Positions 62,387 through 64,000 of a DNA stretch of 64,000 bases are shown here, in pieces. A program made the translations under genes and the position numbers. This stretch comes from Bugula neritina (taxonomy: Eukaryota; Animalia; Bryozoa): NCBI GenBank assembly GCA_964035545.1, contig OZ037770.1, forward strand, positions 14,994,642 to 15,058,641, given 5' to 3'. Position 1 is the first letter of the stretch; each line of letters starts with the position of its first letter. The notes under the pieces are model-generated. The model did no database searches. It was not told the DNA's origin and saw nothing but the letters and a program-made list of their open reading frames with translations.

Positions 62387-63214
62387 GTTATTATTGCAAT
62401 TATTGTTCACACGCAAACAATATTTACCACAACACAATAAGTATAAATTTTATTATAACTACAGCCATAGGAATAAGTAGAACTTTGATTGTCAGTGTAA
62501 CTGAGTGATTGCAATACTTATTCAAACTGTAACTACACATCATCATGATAATAACAATAAGTATAAGTATAAGTCTAAGAGCATAAGTATAACTATAAGA
62601 GTATGATAAAAATGTGGCGTTGACGACTGTACATTTACTTGGTGATTTACAGTATTACTATTAGTATGACTATTAATACTGTTACTTTAGACTTAGTTTT
62701 ATATTTACAATTACTATTAATATTAGTAATACTAACAGTAATAGTAAATAGTAAATACTAATAGTAATAGTATTACTATTAGTAATACTAATAGTAATTA
62801 CTAATAGTAATTACTAATTAGTGTATTTAAATTCAAACATTTATTTTTAGTTTTTCTTACACTTACAGTTACAGAATACAGTTAAATCTATTAGTATTTT
62901 TAAGCTCAGTCATGTTACTGTTAGTGTCAATAATAAATTACATATTTAGTTATTTTAATTTGCTATATTCAAAATCAAATTCAATATGAAATGAATTTAT
63001 TGAAATTGAATGAAGAATAAGAATGAGAATGTCAGTGATTCATTCAAACTCAAAGTCAATACTTATACTATAAATATTAATACTATCATCTATAATTCGA
63101 AAGTATGGGCAGTGACAAAAATGGAAAGTAATAACTAAGCTAAACTAAGAGTAAGACTTGCTGTAAAAGTCTTAATTCACAATATTTTTGATTTAATATA
63201 TTATTATTTTCACT

Positions 63215-63383
63215 CCTCTGCGCACGTGGTAAATTGTTTTTGAGTCGCAATAATGAGCCTGAATGGACAATTCGTTGCGCATGTACGCCCACTATAGAGT
63301 GTGTCAAGGCTGAATTAGCGGAAACTACCAGTCGTAATTGACCGCATCAAATCAAGCTGTCCCCAACAAGCGTTCTGGTGAGT
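63215..63383 (+). promoter_or_regulatory. Probable promoter and non-coding first exon of a gene continuing beyond the window
   Basis: Locally GC/CpG-richer. Contains TGCGCACGTG and TGCGCATGTAC motifs, a strong donor CTG|GTGAGT at 63378 and a candidate acceptor TTACAG at ~63503. Confidence 0.35.
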
Positions 63384-64000
63384 GAAATGTGACTTGAAAT
63401 AAAAATCCTACGTCATCCTGTTAATTCATTCATTTTCAGCGTTAATTTGACCCAAACAATGTATATTATTGCTTATTAATAAATGGTATTGGTGTCTGTT
63501 ACAGGGACCAGCATGGGTTTTAATCAGTAAAAGTCCATTTCCTTGGAACATCGGACATTCACATTGATTGGAATTGAAACAATCCTCATTATAATATTTG
63601 CATGTAAGAATTACATAAATGTCACGGTATTAGTTGCTATGCCACAAATATTTATACTCTATATATTAGTTACTTGCTAATAGGTTTATTGTATCAGAAC
63701 AATTTATTTTTGCGCAAATTTAAATTATTTGACATTTTCATTTCGACTTAGTTTCAGTTTCACTGCTAGTGCCAACGCACCACTCTCGCTGTGAGTTTTG
63801 AGTTTAGCCCAAGCGGAGGACGATTGTAGTCTATTTATATAAAATAGTTTTAATTAATCTTAAATAAAAAATAGAATACTAATAGTAATAGTAGTAGTCT
63901 AGAGTATGAACTCATAGTCATTTTGATAAGTTTGCCAAAGTGGTCTCAAAATGAAAATCGAGTCACTAACATAATCTGTGATGTAAGAATTACTGTTAAC

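Overview
AT-rich, intron-containing animal DNA with GT-AG introns and no prokaryotic features. It is most consistent with a marine invertebrate; the taxon cannot be fixed from the sequence. I rebuilt the genes by hand from splice sites and reading phase. In order: the 3' end of a Gypsy-type LTR retrotransposon (1-765); a complete 9-exon nicotinic acetylcholine receptor alpha-type subunit with an atypical M2 pore (2025-12699, +); an orphan carboxylesterase last exon (14236-14443); two tandem 12-exon GH13 alpha-amylases, each with a linker and an extra C-terminal domain (14955-21174 and 21812-26581, +); a 3-exon gene absent from the ORF track that encodes a secreted ~68-aa peptide with a C-C-CC-C-C (knottin-like) cysteine pattern and converges tail-to-tail on amylase 2 (27493-26793, -); BUB3 (30726-28085, -); a 12-exon MFSD8-like transporter (33102-42008, +); a gene-poor stretch with an inverted, order-permuted duplication of a degenerate multi-exon gene (50577-59335); and a homocysteine S-methyltransferase (61956-60016, -). 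Interspersed are tRNA-derived elements, MITEs and many intronic minisatellites. Four tandem duplications copy a functional splice junction. The main candidate for an undescribed system is the hidden cysteine-rich secreted peptide gene abutting the amylase pair.
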